51,791 nucleotides of DNA from Chloroflexota bacterium (GCA_023381555.1 JAMCRV010000083.1:1-51791), one strand, 5' to 3'. Counted from the stretch's first letter, positions 38,952 through 48,050 are shown. A program made the numbers and translations. The notes: a model not told the origin generated them from the letters alone.

Positions 38952-39658
38952 TGGGCCTGTTCACTGTTGCTCGACGGGAGCTCACATCGTACTTCGGGTC
39001 ACCTGTAGCGTACATTGTGGCAGCTGCCTTCCTTGCCTTGAATGGATTTCTCTTTGCTGCGGTGATCTCGAATAGTCAGCAGGCCGACATGAGCTTCGTG
39101 TTTGGCGACGTCGCGATCGTGCTGCTCTTCGTGATTCCCGGAATCACTATGCGCTTGATCGCGGAGGAGCAGCGGCTGGGTACGCTGGAGTTGCTACTCA
39201 CGGCTCCGGTTCGCGACTGGGAGGTCATTCTCGGTAAATTCCTCGCCGCCTTTGCGTTATTCATTCTCATGCTAGTCCCGACGGGGCTCTACGTTGTCTT
39301 TCTCGTTGCCTTTGGCCATCCAGATCTGTCAACAATCCTGAGTGGCTACATCGGTATCGTCCTCTTGGGTGCGGCCTTCATCGGATTCGGCCTCGTGACC
39401 TCTGCACTGACACAGAGCCAGTTAGTGGCCTTCATCGTAGCCTTCGTGCTGGGGCTTATTCTCTGGCTTCTGCAAGGTTTGGCGGTTACCTTTTCTGGCG
39501 GTGTGGCCTCTGTCGTGAGTTTCCTCGGCCTCTCTCAGCACGTCTCCAACTTCAGCAGTGGCCTGGTGCAGAGTGACGACGTCGTGTATCTGCTCAGCCT
39601 CATCGTCTGCTCACTCTTCGTCGCTACGCGGATTCTCGAGAGCCGGAGGTATCGCTAA
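38951..39658 (+). CDS. ABC-2 permease (GldF-like)
   Basis: ARRELTSYFGSPVAY, EEQRLGTLELLLTAP, ILGKF. Confidence 0.88.
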   Translation: MGLFTVARRELTSYFGSPVAYIVAAAFLALNGFLFAAVISNSQQADMSFVFGDVAIVLLFVIPGITMRLIAEEQRLGTLELLLTAPVRDWEVILGKFLAAFALFILMLVPTGLYVVFLVAFGHPDLSTILSGYIGIVLLGAAFIGFGLVTSALTQSQLVAFIVAFVLGLILWLLQGLAVTFSGGVASVVSFLGLSQHVSNFSSGLVQSDDVVYLLSLIVCSLFVATRILESRRYR

Positions 39659-41275
39659 GTGCGCGGTGACGATCTCTTGCGACGGCTGGCCCCCTATGCC
39701 GGCATCCTTGGCGGATTGCTCCTCTTTGCTGCTGCCGGCGTGGCGCTCGTTGTCGGGACGGCTAGCCCAGCTTTAGTCTGGCTTCTCATTGCTGCTGGCT
39801 TGCTTCTACTGTTCTTCGTCGTGACCGATCCACAAGTCGTCGTAAATGCCCTCAAGCTTCGCGGTGTCCGCTATGGCTCGAACGCTGGTCTCATGACCGT
39901 TGTGTTCATCGGAATCTTCATCGTGATCAACTTCCTGGCAGTCAAACACAATGTGCAGTGGGACTTCACTCAGAGTGGTCGCTACACGCTGAGCTCAGCG
40001 ACTGTGAAGCTGGTCAAGGGCTTGAAACAGCCCGTGCACATCATTGCTTTCTACGCCAAGGGGCCCGGTGGTCAGAGCAGCGGTGAGTCTGCGGCCAAGC
40101 TGCTCTTGCAGCGCTATACAGCGCTCAGCCATGAGATCTCCGTCACGTTTGTAGATCCTGACGTGAATCCGGCATTGGCGCGGCAGTATCACGTCACCGT
40201 ATCTCCCACCATCGTGGTGACATCGAATGGACACGAAGACGCAGTGCAGCTGGCAGCCGAGCAGGATATCTCGAGCGCCATCGAGAATGTCATCGAGGGC
40301 AAGACACCAGTCGTCTACTTCCTCACCGGCAACGGTGAGCCTTCGTTGCAGCCAGCCAGCGGTCCAAGCTTCTCCTCACTGGTGAGCTTCCTGAAAAAGA
40401 ACAACTTACAGGCGAAACCGCTCTCGCTCCTCACTGTGTCAGCGATTCCCTCAGACGCGGCTGCCGTAGTCGAGGCGGCCCCGACCACTCCCTACAGTCC
40501 CAAAGAGAAGGAGATTCTCCTTAGCTATCTGGAGCACGGTGGTCACGTTCTCTACTTCGCTGAGCCCTTTGGGAAGGTGGACATGAACTGGCTGCTCAAG
40601 CCCTTCGGCCTCTCTGTGAGCGAGGGCCTTGTCGCTGATTTGAGTCCGAGCGGTTCCTTGCCAAACCAGCCGCAGGCTATAGTCATTCAGGCGTATGACC
40701 GTGGGTCCGTGGTAAAACATCAGCTTCCGCCAGGGGTGTATCTGGATGCGACCTCGATCAACGTTCCAGCGAAGCCTCCCGCAGGTGTGACAGTCGAGCC
40801 CATTGCTCAGACTAGCCAGCAGAGCTTCCTGGTGACCAACCCAAAGGCGACGGCCATCAACCCCGCGACCGACAAACGCGGGCCCTTCGCCATCGCGGTT
40901 TCGGCAGAGAAGCCCGTTGCTTCGGCTACCGCGAAGCCCGCAGCGACACCCACACCATCGCCAGCAGGTCCAGGATCTTCACCGAGCACCGGAGCCGTGA
41001 GCCGTCTTGTGGTGTTCGGCTCGACACTTTTTGCAACCGATCAGGTGCTCACTGCAAATCCCTCGATAGGTGAAGGCAATAGCGAAGCAGCTGCAGCCGC
41101 CTTGCAGTGGCTGACGGAGAGTCCAAATCACATCGTGATCCCGACGAAGACCCCTGCTGACCGCTCTATGGTCCTGGTCGGGTGGCAGAGCAATGCGCTG
41201 GTCTTTGTCAATACACTGTTCGTCCCGGCAATAGTGCTGTTTGCCGGGGTAGTAGTCTGGCTGCGCCGGCGTTAG
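39659..41275 (+). CDS. GldG-family ABC auxiliary protein
   Basis: WDFTQSGRYTLS, VDPDVNPALA..Y.V, VYFLTGNGE, C-terminal TM ending WLRRR. Confidence 0.85.
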   Translation: MRGDDLLRRLAPYAGILGGLLLFAAAGVALVVGTASPALVWLLIAAGLLLLFFVVTDPQVVVNALKLRGVRYGSNAGLMTVVFIGIFIVINFLAVKHNVQWDFTQSGRYTLSSATVKLVKGLKQPVHIIAFYAKGPGGQSSGESAAKLLLQRYTALSHEISVTFVDPDVNPALARQYHVTVSPTIVVTSNGHEDAVQLAAEQDISSAIENVIEGKTPVVYFLTGNGEPSLQPASGPSFSSLVSFLKKNNLQAKPLSLLTVSAIPSDAAAVVEAAPTTPYSPKEKEILLSYLEHGGHVLYFAEPFGKVDMNWLLKPFGLSVSEGLVADLSPSGSLPNQPQAIVIQAYDRGSVVKHQLPPGVYLDATSINVPAKPPAGVTVEPIAQTSQQSFLVTNPKATAINPATDKRGPFAIAVSAEKPVASATAKPAATPTPSPAGPGSSPSTGAVSRLVVFGSTLFATDQVLTANPSIGEGNSEAAAAALQWLTESPNHIVIPTKTPADRSMVLVGWQSNALVFVNTLFVPAIVLFAGVVVWLRRR

Positions 41276-41328
41276 GCCTGGCTCGAGTGGATCCTTACTC
41301 TCATAACAAGTGATGGTGTGGCGAAGGC

Positions 41329-41937
41329 ATGAATGTTCGACTTACCGGCGTACTCGTTGCCATCTTTGCCGTCCTCGTCGTCGTCGCCGTGGTGTCCGGG
41401 AGAGGCTCGGGGGCGGCCGCGAGCGCTACTCCTACCCCCAACCTCGGCGTCTTCACCTTCAAGCCGGCGGATGTCAAGGAGCTGACAATCAGCTACGAAG
41501 GGAAAGGTGTGACGGTCTCGCAGCCTTCTCCGGGCACGTGGAAGCTGGTCTCGCCCCCGGCGGCCTATTCCGATTCCACACACATCGCCGGTGTAGTGGC
41601 GACGCTTGCCAATCTCCAGAAGATCCGCGACGTGCCCATCGGAACGAACTCCCTGAGTGTTTTTGGCTTCGATAAGCCGTATCTCACGGCGACTGCCGAT
41701 CTCTCGAACGGTCAGCAGGAGACGCTGATCGTTGGGGGGAAGAACCCCGAGGGCTCTGGCTACTATGCTCAAGTGAAGGGGAAGAGCGGTCTCTTCATCG
41801 TCTCGCTCATCGATGTGGGCAGTCTCGCCCAGCTCGTCGTCCAACCGCCGATTGCCACACCGACCGCTGTGCCGACTCCGCTGGCGACGCCTGCAAGCGT
41901 GCCAACAGTGGCGCCAGCGGCGACCGCAACGCCTTAG
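41329..41937 (+). CDS. DUF4340-like membrane-anchored protein
   Basis: N-terminal anchor, WKLVSP, FGFDKP, LIVGGKNP..SGYYAQ; typical fourth gene of Gld-like ABC operons. Confidence 0.7.
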   Translation: MNVRLTGVLVAIFAVLVVVAVVSGRGSGAAASATPTPNLGVFTFKPADVKELTISYEGKGVTVSQPSPGTWKLVSPPAAYSDSTHIAGVVATLANLQKIRDVPIGTNSLSVFGFDKPYLTATADLSNGQQETLIVGGKNPEGSGYYAQVKGKSGLFIVSLIDVGSLAQLVVQPPIATPTAVPTPLATPASVPTVAPAATATP

Positions 41938-41966
41938 GTAGGATGTGCCAGGCTAACGTCCGAGAC

Positions 41967-43280
41967 TCAGGGCGCACGGCCAGAGGTGCGAAACGATTCC
42001 AGGTCGGCCCAGAGACGGGCCAACTCGATGATGGTGCAGGCAGAGAGACCCATGTCGCGGGCGCACACCCATTCGGACCGACTGTGGGCCTGGCGCCATC
42101 CAGCGAAGAGATTCGGTGTGGGAAGGCCACGCTCTGTCAAGCGAGAGCCATCGGTGCCGCCGCGTATCGGCGTGTGGATAGGTTCCAGTCCCACGCGCCG
42201 CACTGCTTGGTCAGCAAGCGCCGTGACCAAGGGATGGTGCTCGAGGGTATCGCGCATGTTGCGATACTGCTTCACGACGGAGAGCTCCCAACGCGCACCG
42301 GAATGGTGACTGACCGTCTCCCCGGCCAGCTCGCGGAGAAGGTCCTCCTTGGTCGCGAGTCCCGCGGTATCGAAGTCCCGCACAATGAGGGTCACCACCG
42401 TCTCTTCGATGCTCCCGCGAATGTCTGTGGGGTGGACGAAGCCCTCACGTCCCTCAGTGGTTTCAGGCGATAGCTGATCGCGGGGAAGAGCCGCGACGAA
42501 GCCGGCAGCAACTTTGATGGCGCTCACCATCTTGTCCTTGGCCGTGCCTGGGTGGGAAGAAACGCCGGTGAATCGAATGCGGACTTGATCTGCTGAGAAG
42601 GTCTCGTCCTGCACCTCACCGGCGATTCCGGCATCCAGCGTGTAGGCGTAGGTGGCGCCGAGTTGCTGTAGATCAAGGTGATCGACACCGTGACCAACTT
42701 CCTCATCCGGATTGAAGACCCACTTGAGAGTTCCGTGTCGGATATCGGTGTGGCTGATGAGGAAGGCAGCCGCTGCCATGATGACCGCTACACCAGCCTT
42801 ATCGTCTGCACCCAGGAGTGTCGTGCCATCGCTCGTGACGATGTCGTGACCGATGTGATGGGCGAGGTCCGGCGTGGTATCGACGGTCAGCACGGTGGCA
42901 GTATCTCCGGGAAGAGTCAGAAGGGTTAAAGGCTCACCCGAGTAGCTGCGCCACACGAGAGGCCGGACATTCGCTCCGGACACGTCGGGCGAGGTGTCCA
43001 CGTGTGCGAAGAAGGCGATGACTGGCGGCTGCAGTGCATCGGGGGGCAGATTCGACGGCAGCGTTGCTGTCACGTAGCCAGAGCGATCGATCGCGGCGTC
43101 TGCATAGCCGAGGTCTGCGAGCTCATCGCGGAGCATCCTCAGGAGATCGAGCTGCTTCGCCGTGCTGGGATAGGAAGAGGAATCTGGATCCGACTGGGTA
43201 TCCACGCGCACGTAGCGCAAGAAGCGGGTGAGAGCATCCGCCTCTAGTTGAGGAAGGTGAGTGAGGACCTGTTCTTTCAT
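41967..43280 (-). CDS. pepT: Peptidase T (M20B tripeptide aminopeptidase)
   Basis: RFLRYVRVDTQSD, AHVDTS, LLGADDKAG, PDEEVG, PIRGGTDG. Confidence 0.95.
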   Translation of the reverse strand: MKEQVLTHLPQLEADALTRFLRYVRVDTQSDPDSSSYPSTAKQLDLLRMLRDELADLGYADAAIDRSGYVTATLPSNLPPDALQPPVIAFFAHVDTSPDVSGANVRPLVWRSYSGEPLTLLTLPGDTATVLTVDTTPDLAHHIGHDIVTSDGTTLLGADDKAGVAVIMAAAAFLISHTDIRHGTLKWVFNPDEEVGHGVDHLDLQQLGATYAYTLDAGIAGEVQDETFSADQVRIRFTGVSSHPGTAKDKMVSAIKVAAGFVAALPRDQLSPETTEGREGFVHPTDIRGSIEETVVTLIVRDFDTAGLATKEDLLRELAGETVSHHSGARWELSVVKQYRNMRDTLEHHPLVTALADQAVRRVGLEPIHTPIRGGTDGSRLTERGLPTPNLFAGWRQAHSRSEWVCARDMGLSACTIIELARLWADLESFRTSGRAP

Positions 43281-43418
43281 AGGGAAAGGGTAGCACAGCC
43301 TGGCTGCTCTTCGTTGCCACGAGACCTAGCGCTGATCGCTTGGGTCTCGGAGCGTCACGAGCATACGGAGATGTGGTCGACAGCAGCGGCCGGACGCCGT
43401 TATACTGCGTGCTGTTCT

Positions 43419-43491
<73 letters not shown>

Positions 43492-43530
43492 CCCTGTTTC
43501 CCTCTGGGAGACCCAATAATTTTCGCTTGG

Positions 43531-43602
43531 GTCAAGCCGTTTTTGGGGCGTGTCCCCCTAATCATCCCCCTAATTGATCGCTATTGCCAAAAACGGCTTG
43601 AC
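43531..43602. repeat. Perfect 16-bp inverted repeat enclosing a 10-bp direct repeat
   Basis: GTCAAGCCGTTTTTGG (43531-43546) / CCAAAAACGGCTTGAC (43587-43602). TCCCCCTAAT at 43553 and 43565. Confidence 0.8.
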
Positions 43603-43901
43603 AATGAGCACTGAGAGGGTGGGCCAGGGGTACCGAGCACCGGAACGACGCTTTGGCATGCGGTTCCCGCTATTGAATATCGGGGACTGCAGGACGTGAT
43701 TGTCGGAGTCGGGCAGCAAGGCGGCATAGCTGAAAAGCAAGGCGTTGGCATCAGCGCCATGCAGTCTTGACGAGCCGAGGCGGCAAAGCACTGTGCTGCA
43801 CCTTCTCGCCTCGCCCAGTCTTCGCCCCTTGACGGTGATTCCAATGCCGACCAGGTGCTCGCGACGGTAAAGTGTAAGGTGGTTACCCGGGAGGGCATTA
43901 C

Positions 43902-44066
43902 ATGTGCGGTCGTTACGGCATCACGGACGTGCAGCATAATGGCGAGCGCTTTCAACTCTGCCTGGACCTCGACCAGCCCGATTTCCAGCCGCGCTACAAC
44001 GCTGCGCCTACTCATGGGCTGCCGGTCATCATTGAGCGTACGGGGAGAGCAACGCGGAGCCTATGA
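43902..44066 (+). pseudogene. SRAP (YedK/HMCES) N-terminal remnant
   Basis: GGAGGG RBS then MCGRYGIT...FQPRYNAAPTHGLPVII...*. 54 aa, lost before the WGL motif. Confidence 0.85.
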
Positions 44067-44335
44067 TTGTGTAGCTGGCGTCCCCATTTGTCCGGCTGCA
44101 GAGGATCTGGGACGGGACCACGTGGCTCGTCCGAGTGCGGCTCGTGGCATCAACCTGGCCGGTGTATTACCATAGCGACCACCCGTGTGCAGTCGGCGGG
44201 TCAACCCAGCCGGGGCTCAGAGAAGGAGGGGCAACCGACAACGCAAATATCAGTGGCCCGTTTACTTATCGGTGATCACGGTGCGATTCGTGATGGCGCA
44301 CATGGTTGCCGCGTCTGCCGGAAAGGAGCAAGAGA

Positions 44336-44998
44336 GTGAAAAAGTACATACTCTTCGATCATGATGGTGTTCTGGTGGATACCGAATTCTGGTATTACAA
44401 AGCTGGAGAGCGCGCCCTGGCGGACATTGGATTTACCTTGGATAGAGAACAATACCTCCGAGACATGACCCAGGGATTGGCCACCTGGGCCCAAGCCAGG
44501 GCGGCAGGCATTGACGAAGAGACCATCAGCAGGCAGCGTGAGGTTCGTAATGACTATTATCAGGAATATCTGAGAACAGAAGCCATTGAGATTGAAGGCG
44601 TCATTGAGACTCTTGCTGAACTGTCAAAATATGTCCGCATGGCCATCGTGACGACTGCAAAGCGTGTGGATTTTGAACTTATCCATGAAAAGCGCCAAGT
44701 TAGACAATTCATGGATTTCGTCCTTGTTCGCGAAGACTACAGGCTCGCCAAGCCGCACCCGGAACCATACCTGACCGGCTTAAAGCGCTTCGGAGCCACC
44801 AAAGATGAGGCACTGGTTGTAGAGGATTCATCCAGAGGGCTGAATTCAGCCGTGGCGGCCGGTATTGACTGTGTCATTGTCTATAACGAATTTACAAAAG
44901 GAAACGACTTTTCACAGGCTAGCTATCGAATCGAAACTCTGATTGAATTGAAGGATATCATCCTTAAATGTAACCTGAAGGAGCATTTACCAGTCTGA
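44336..44998 (+). CDS. HAD-family phosphatase (beta-PGM/CbbY-like)
   Basis: FDHDGVLVDT, IVTT, KPHPEPY, VVEDSSRG. AAAGGAG RBS. AT-rich relative to its flanks. Confidence 0.92.
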   Translation: MKKYILFDHDGVLVDTEFWYYKAGERALADIGFTLDREQYLRDMTQGLATWAQARAAGIDEETISRQREVRNDYYQEYLRTEAIEIEGVIETLAELSKYVRMAIVTTAKRVDFELIHEKRQVRQFMDFVLVREDYRLAKPHPEPYLTGLKRFGATKDEALVVEDSSRGLNSAVAAGIDCVIVYNEFTKGNDFSQASYRIETLIELKDIILKCNLKEHLPV

Positions 44999-45174
44999 AC
45001 GGGCAGGCCTACATCGTCGCGGCCGCCACCATCAGCGCCAACCGGATCACCACCACCATCGACCACGACGCCACCAACGGCGACGACCTCGCACTGCGCC
45101 AACGGATCCTCGACACGATCGACGACGTCAGCAACGCGCCAACTCAGTACGTGCAGATGTGCCTCGCTGCCTGA
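44995..45174 (+). pseudogene. Start-less 3' gene fragment of unknown family
   Basis: Strongly GC3-biased frame (LNGQAYIVAAATISANRITTTIDHDATNGDDLALRQRILDTIDDVSNAPTQYVQMCLAA*) with no start codon after the in-frame stop at 44971. Confidence 0.5.
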
Positions 45175-45214
45175 AGCGAATGTTACAACTTCGCGGCGCT
45201 ACCCACGCCCTGCA

Positions 45215-46498
45215 TCATGCAGGGACCGTTGCAACCACGGGTGGAACTGCTATGATAAGACTATGTCGACACGCAAGGCTGGCTGATCGCGGTGTGGGTG
45301 GATGCGGCGGATGTCCCGGAGTGGGACGGGGGCCGGGAGCCGGTCCGTCAGGCGCACCCGCGCCTGCGCCACCTCTGGGTGGACGCCGGCTTCGGGCCCA
45401 AGAGCGATACGCCTGCCCATCGCCCATCCGGGCGACTGCCCCATTGTTGACCTGCTCGCGAATGCCGCCGATGCCTGCCGAATAGAGCGTTACCCCTCTG
45501 GCCAGCAACTGCTCCTGCACCGCCGCCGCAATGTGCCGGAAGTACGCATCGTCGTAGAGCCAGGAATACCAGCGCGGCCTGCCGGCCGTGTAGAGCTGCT
45601 GCACCTGGGCCCAGCTTGCGTCGACCCGATCGAGCAGCGGGTCTGTCAACCCGAGGTGACGGAGCACCACGCCGCCCAGCCGCATGCGGCAGTCGAGCGG
45701 CGGATAGTCCGTGGCGTGGTGCTGGAACGGGCTCGCACTAGTCGCCAGGAGGCCGACGGCCAACGTCACGACGAAGGCCGGGCCACCGAGGAGGGTGCCG
45801 ACGACATCGCACACCACCTCTTCCATCTCGCGAAAGGCCTGAGCGCGCCATTCGAGCAGCGCCTGCGTCATGCTCTGGCGGTCGCTCGGATCGGCAGCGC
45901 TGTGGATAGCCTGTTCCTTTCCTTGGATCGCCGCGGCAATCGCGGCCTGCATCCGCTGGCCGAAGTCCGGGAACCAGAGCTGGAAGAGCACGTGCCCGAG
46001 TTCGTGGAAGGCGAGGGCAAGCTCCCCCGGATCATCGACCAACGATGCTGGCACAAAATACAGCGGGTGGCTGGCCGGCACGGCCGAGGCGGCGAACCAA
46101 TGGGGCTGATGGAGTGAGGCCACTGGATGCACGTCCGTGAGCCCGACGTCACGATGCAACGCCTCCAGCAGGTTGGAAAGGTACTGATCGTCGGGTGTGC
46201 TGGCGAGGTAGGTGGGCAATTGCTGGATCCGTAAGGCCTGCACCTGATGTGCAAGCGCTTGCATCGCCGAGAAGAGCTGCCGCCAGGTGTCGAGGGCGGG
46301 ATTGGCCGCGGCGTGATAGTGGGCGAGGCTCGTCTCGACCAGCGAAACCCCGCTCTGAAGGGCGGCAATCCCGCCGAGCTGCACACGGAGGCGTCCAGCG
46401 AGGTTGGGATGGGCGCGTGCCTGCAGGGTCGAGAACTCGTGCTGCAGATCGTCGAGGTGCTGCCGCAGCTCGGCGAGCTTGGCCGGGAACAGCACCAC
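45215..46498 (-). CDS. Uncharacterised HExxH (zincin-like) metallopeptidase; native 3' end replaced by antisense IS5 sequence below about 45394
   Basis: Helical N-terminus, LALAFHELGHVL, downstream EEVVCD, GGPAF, YPPLDCR. The final ~60 codons are the reverse strand of the IS5 fragment and flanking DNA. Confidence 0.7.
   Translation of the reverse strand: MVLFPAKLAELRQHLDDLQHEFSTLQARAHPNLAGRLRVQLGGIAALQSGVSLVETSLAHYHAAANPALDTWRQLFSAMQALAHQVQALRIQQLPTYLASTPDDQYLSNLLEALHRDVGLTDVHPVASLHQPHWFAASAVPASHPLYFVPASLVDDPGELALAFHELGHVLFQLWFPDFGQRMQAAIAAAIQGKEQAIHSAADPSDRQSMTQALLEWRAQAFREMEEVVCDVVGTLLGGPAFVVTLAVGLLATSASPFQHHATDYPPLDCRMRLGGVVLRHLGLTDPLLDRVDASWAQVQQLYTAGRPRWYSWLYDDAYFRHIAAAVQEQLLARGVTLYSAGIGGIREQVNNGAVARMGDGQAYRSWARSRRPPRGGAGAGAPDGPAPGPRPTPGHPPHPPTPRSASLACRHSLIIAVPPVVATVPA
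45265..45393 (+). pseudogene. IS5-family transposase internal fragment
   Basis: VDTQGWLIAVWVDAADVPEWDGG...HPRLRHLWVDAGF matches the VDT.G.L..V.V..A...D / PRL..LW.D.GY region of IS5 DDE transposases. Confidence 0.75.
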
Positions 46499-46501
46499 CC
46501 G

Positions 46502-46927
46502 TTACAAGCGATAGAGGCTGCGCACGTCCTCGGCAGCCTCCGCCTCGAGTAACGCTTGCAGACTGTCAAGTATTCGAAAGTCGTGGTCACGGATGGCCTG
46601 GCCACTGGCCAGTCGTTGCCGTAACCGCCGAAGCTCCGCTAGGCGATCCGGCACGTCGGCCGGGTTGACCTGGACAAACCGATCCGCCAGCCCAGCGAAC
46701 GCCAACTTCGTCGCTCCGCCCACCGTTACGGCGATCAGGTCATCGAGGAACGCGACCAGTGTCTCACGTTGCTGTGGCACGTCCTGAGCCTTGGCGTGCT
46801 GCTGGCCCGCTCGGCCCTGTACGTGCAGCTTGAGGACGAGTAGCGCGTTGCTGAGCCGGCTCAGGAGCTCCTGGTCGGATTGGTGCTTGTACGAGGTGTA
46901 CGCGAAGCCGTGCATGACCGCAGGCAC
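46502..46927 (-). CDS. Small all-helical hypothetical protein, translationally linked to the HExxH gene
   Basis: GGAG-N7-GTG at 46927 (alternative ATG 46915), amphipathic helices, stop 3 nt before the HExxH start. Confidence 0.65.
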   Translation of the reverse strand: MPAVMHGFAYTSYKHQSDQELLSRLSNALLVLKLHVQGRAGQQHAKAQDVPQQRETLVAFLDDLIAVTVGGATKLAFAGLADRFVQVNPADVPDRLAELRRLRQRLASGQAIRDHDFRILDSLQALLEAEAAEDVRSLYRL

Positions 46928-47238
46928 GATCAGACTCCGATCCTTGCAAGCCGGTGACTGACCGCTGTTTGCCCCTGGAGAACACGCTTGCCCAAAAGGA
47001 AGCAAGCAGCGACCAGGCACCGTCTACTGACCATGAGTGTAGCATAGGCCAAGCACGCCTGTTGCCGCCTGCGCCTCGGACCGGAGTCCGAGCACATCTG
47101 GGCCATCCACGCCTGGCGCGATGGCGGCAGCAGCACGATCGTTGCCGGCCAAGGAGCGTGGTTCCTGCCCCATTGGCCGCCGGCGACGTGCGCACCGTCT
47201 CGGCGCCGCCCGACCCTGCTGGCCGCCCACCGCGTGGT

Positions 47239-47628
47239 CTACCTCCGCTCGTCGCCGGCAGCAGACGGGCGGATGTTGCCGGCAGCGTAGAGCTGGCCGA
47301 GAAACCGGCTGGGTCGCGTCGCCAGGAGCCGCGTGTCGGCGAAGCCGGCGCCCCGGGCGAGCGGCCGCCAGGGCGCGAAGCTGCACGGGAAGGGTACCCA
47401 GCGGTTGCCCTGATCGGTGTCGTATTCCACCAACACCAACCGTCCGCCCGGTCGCAAGGCGGCGAAGATGGTTCGAAGGGCCGGACCCTTGTCCTTGAAG
47501 TGTAGGGCGTTGGCCAGCACGATGCCGTCGAGCGGCGGCAAGCCAAGCGGGTGGGCGAAATCAGCCAGGCAGTAATCCACGTCCATGTCGGGAAAGCAGC
47601 AGCGCAGCGCCTGCGCCTGCTGCCCCAT
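47239..47628 (-). pseudogene. Class I SAM-dependent methyltransferase lacking its N-terminal SAM-binding motif
   Basis: ADFAHPLGLPPLDGIVLANALHF, LRPGGRLVLVEYD present; no GxGxG motif I. The 5' end abuts the palindrome at 47628. Confidence 0.75.
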
Positions 47629-47680
47629 TGCTACCGTAGCAAACTTTCCGTGAATCGCGTACGATATGCTACCGTAGCAA
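47628..47680. promoter_or_regulatory. Two copies of the near-palindrome TGCTAC-C-GTAGCA(A)
   Basis: TGCTACCGTAGCAA at 47629-47642 and 47667-47680, 38 bp apart. Confidence 0.7.
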
Positions 47681-47724
47681 GCATCTTGGAGTGACCTGTC
47701 ATCGACCGCTTACCGATCGAGCCG

Positions 47725-48039
47725 TTGTTCGTCAATCGCGCGACCGAGATCGCGGCCCTTGACGACGTCCTCCGTCTGCTGCCGCGGGCGATTCGCCGGC
47801 ATACGGCACTGCTCGGCCTGCGCCGCATCGGCAAGACCCCCCTGCTGGACCAGGTTCGCCGCCGCCACCCGACCATCGCGATCGCCCGCCTCGATGTCGA
47901 CGCCATCGTTACCTCGCCTGAGCACTTCGCTCGGGCTGTCGTCTCGGAGACCCTCAGTGCCGTCCTCCGCGCGCGAGCAGCGCACGCCTATGTCGCCGAG
48001 ACGGACGACGGGCTGCGCGGGGCGGCAGCTAGACCATGA
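47725..48039 (+). pseudogene. Truncated archaeal-type AAA/STAND-like ATPase (N-terminal 104 aa)
   Basis: FVNRATEIAAL and Walker A variant GLRRIGKT; ends before Walker B. Confidence 0.75.
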
Positions 48040-48050
48040 GGAGCGCCGAC

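Noticed and set aside
43570-43850. Minus-strand frame SRLHGADANALLFSYAALLPDSD resembling a tyrosine integrase C-terminus (LGHA...YAHLLP)
   Set aside because: The His/Gly order is swapped, no RHR box or upstream motifs are present, and the match is too short to support a call. Needs an HMM search.
45187-45203. IS6-like terminal repeat (reverse GGTAGCGCCGCGAAGTT)
   Set aside because: Only 8/14 identity to the IS26 IR, no partner repeat, and the upstream ORF tail is not IS6-transposase-like.
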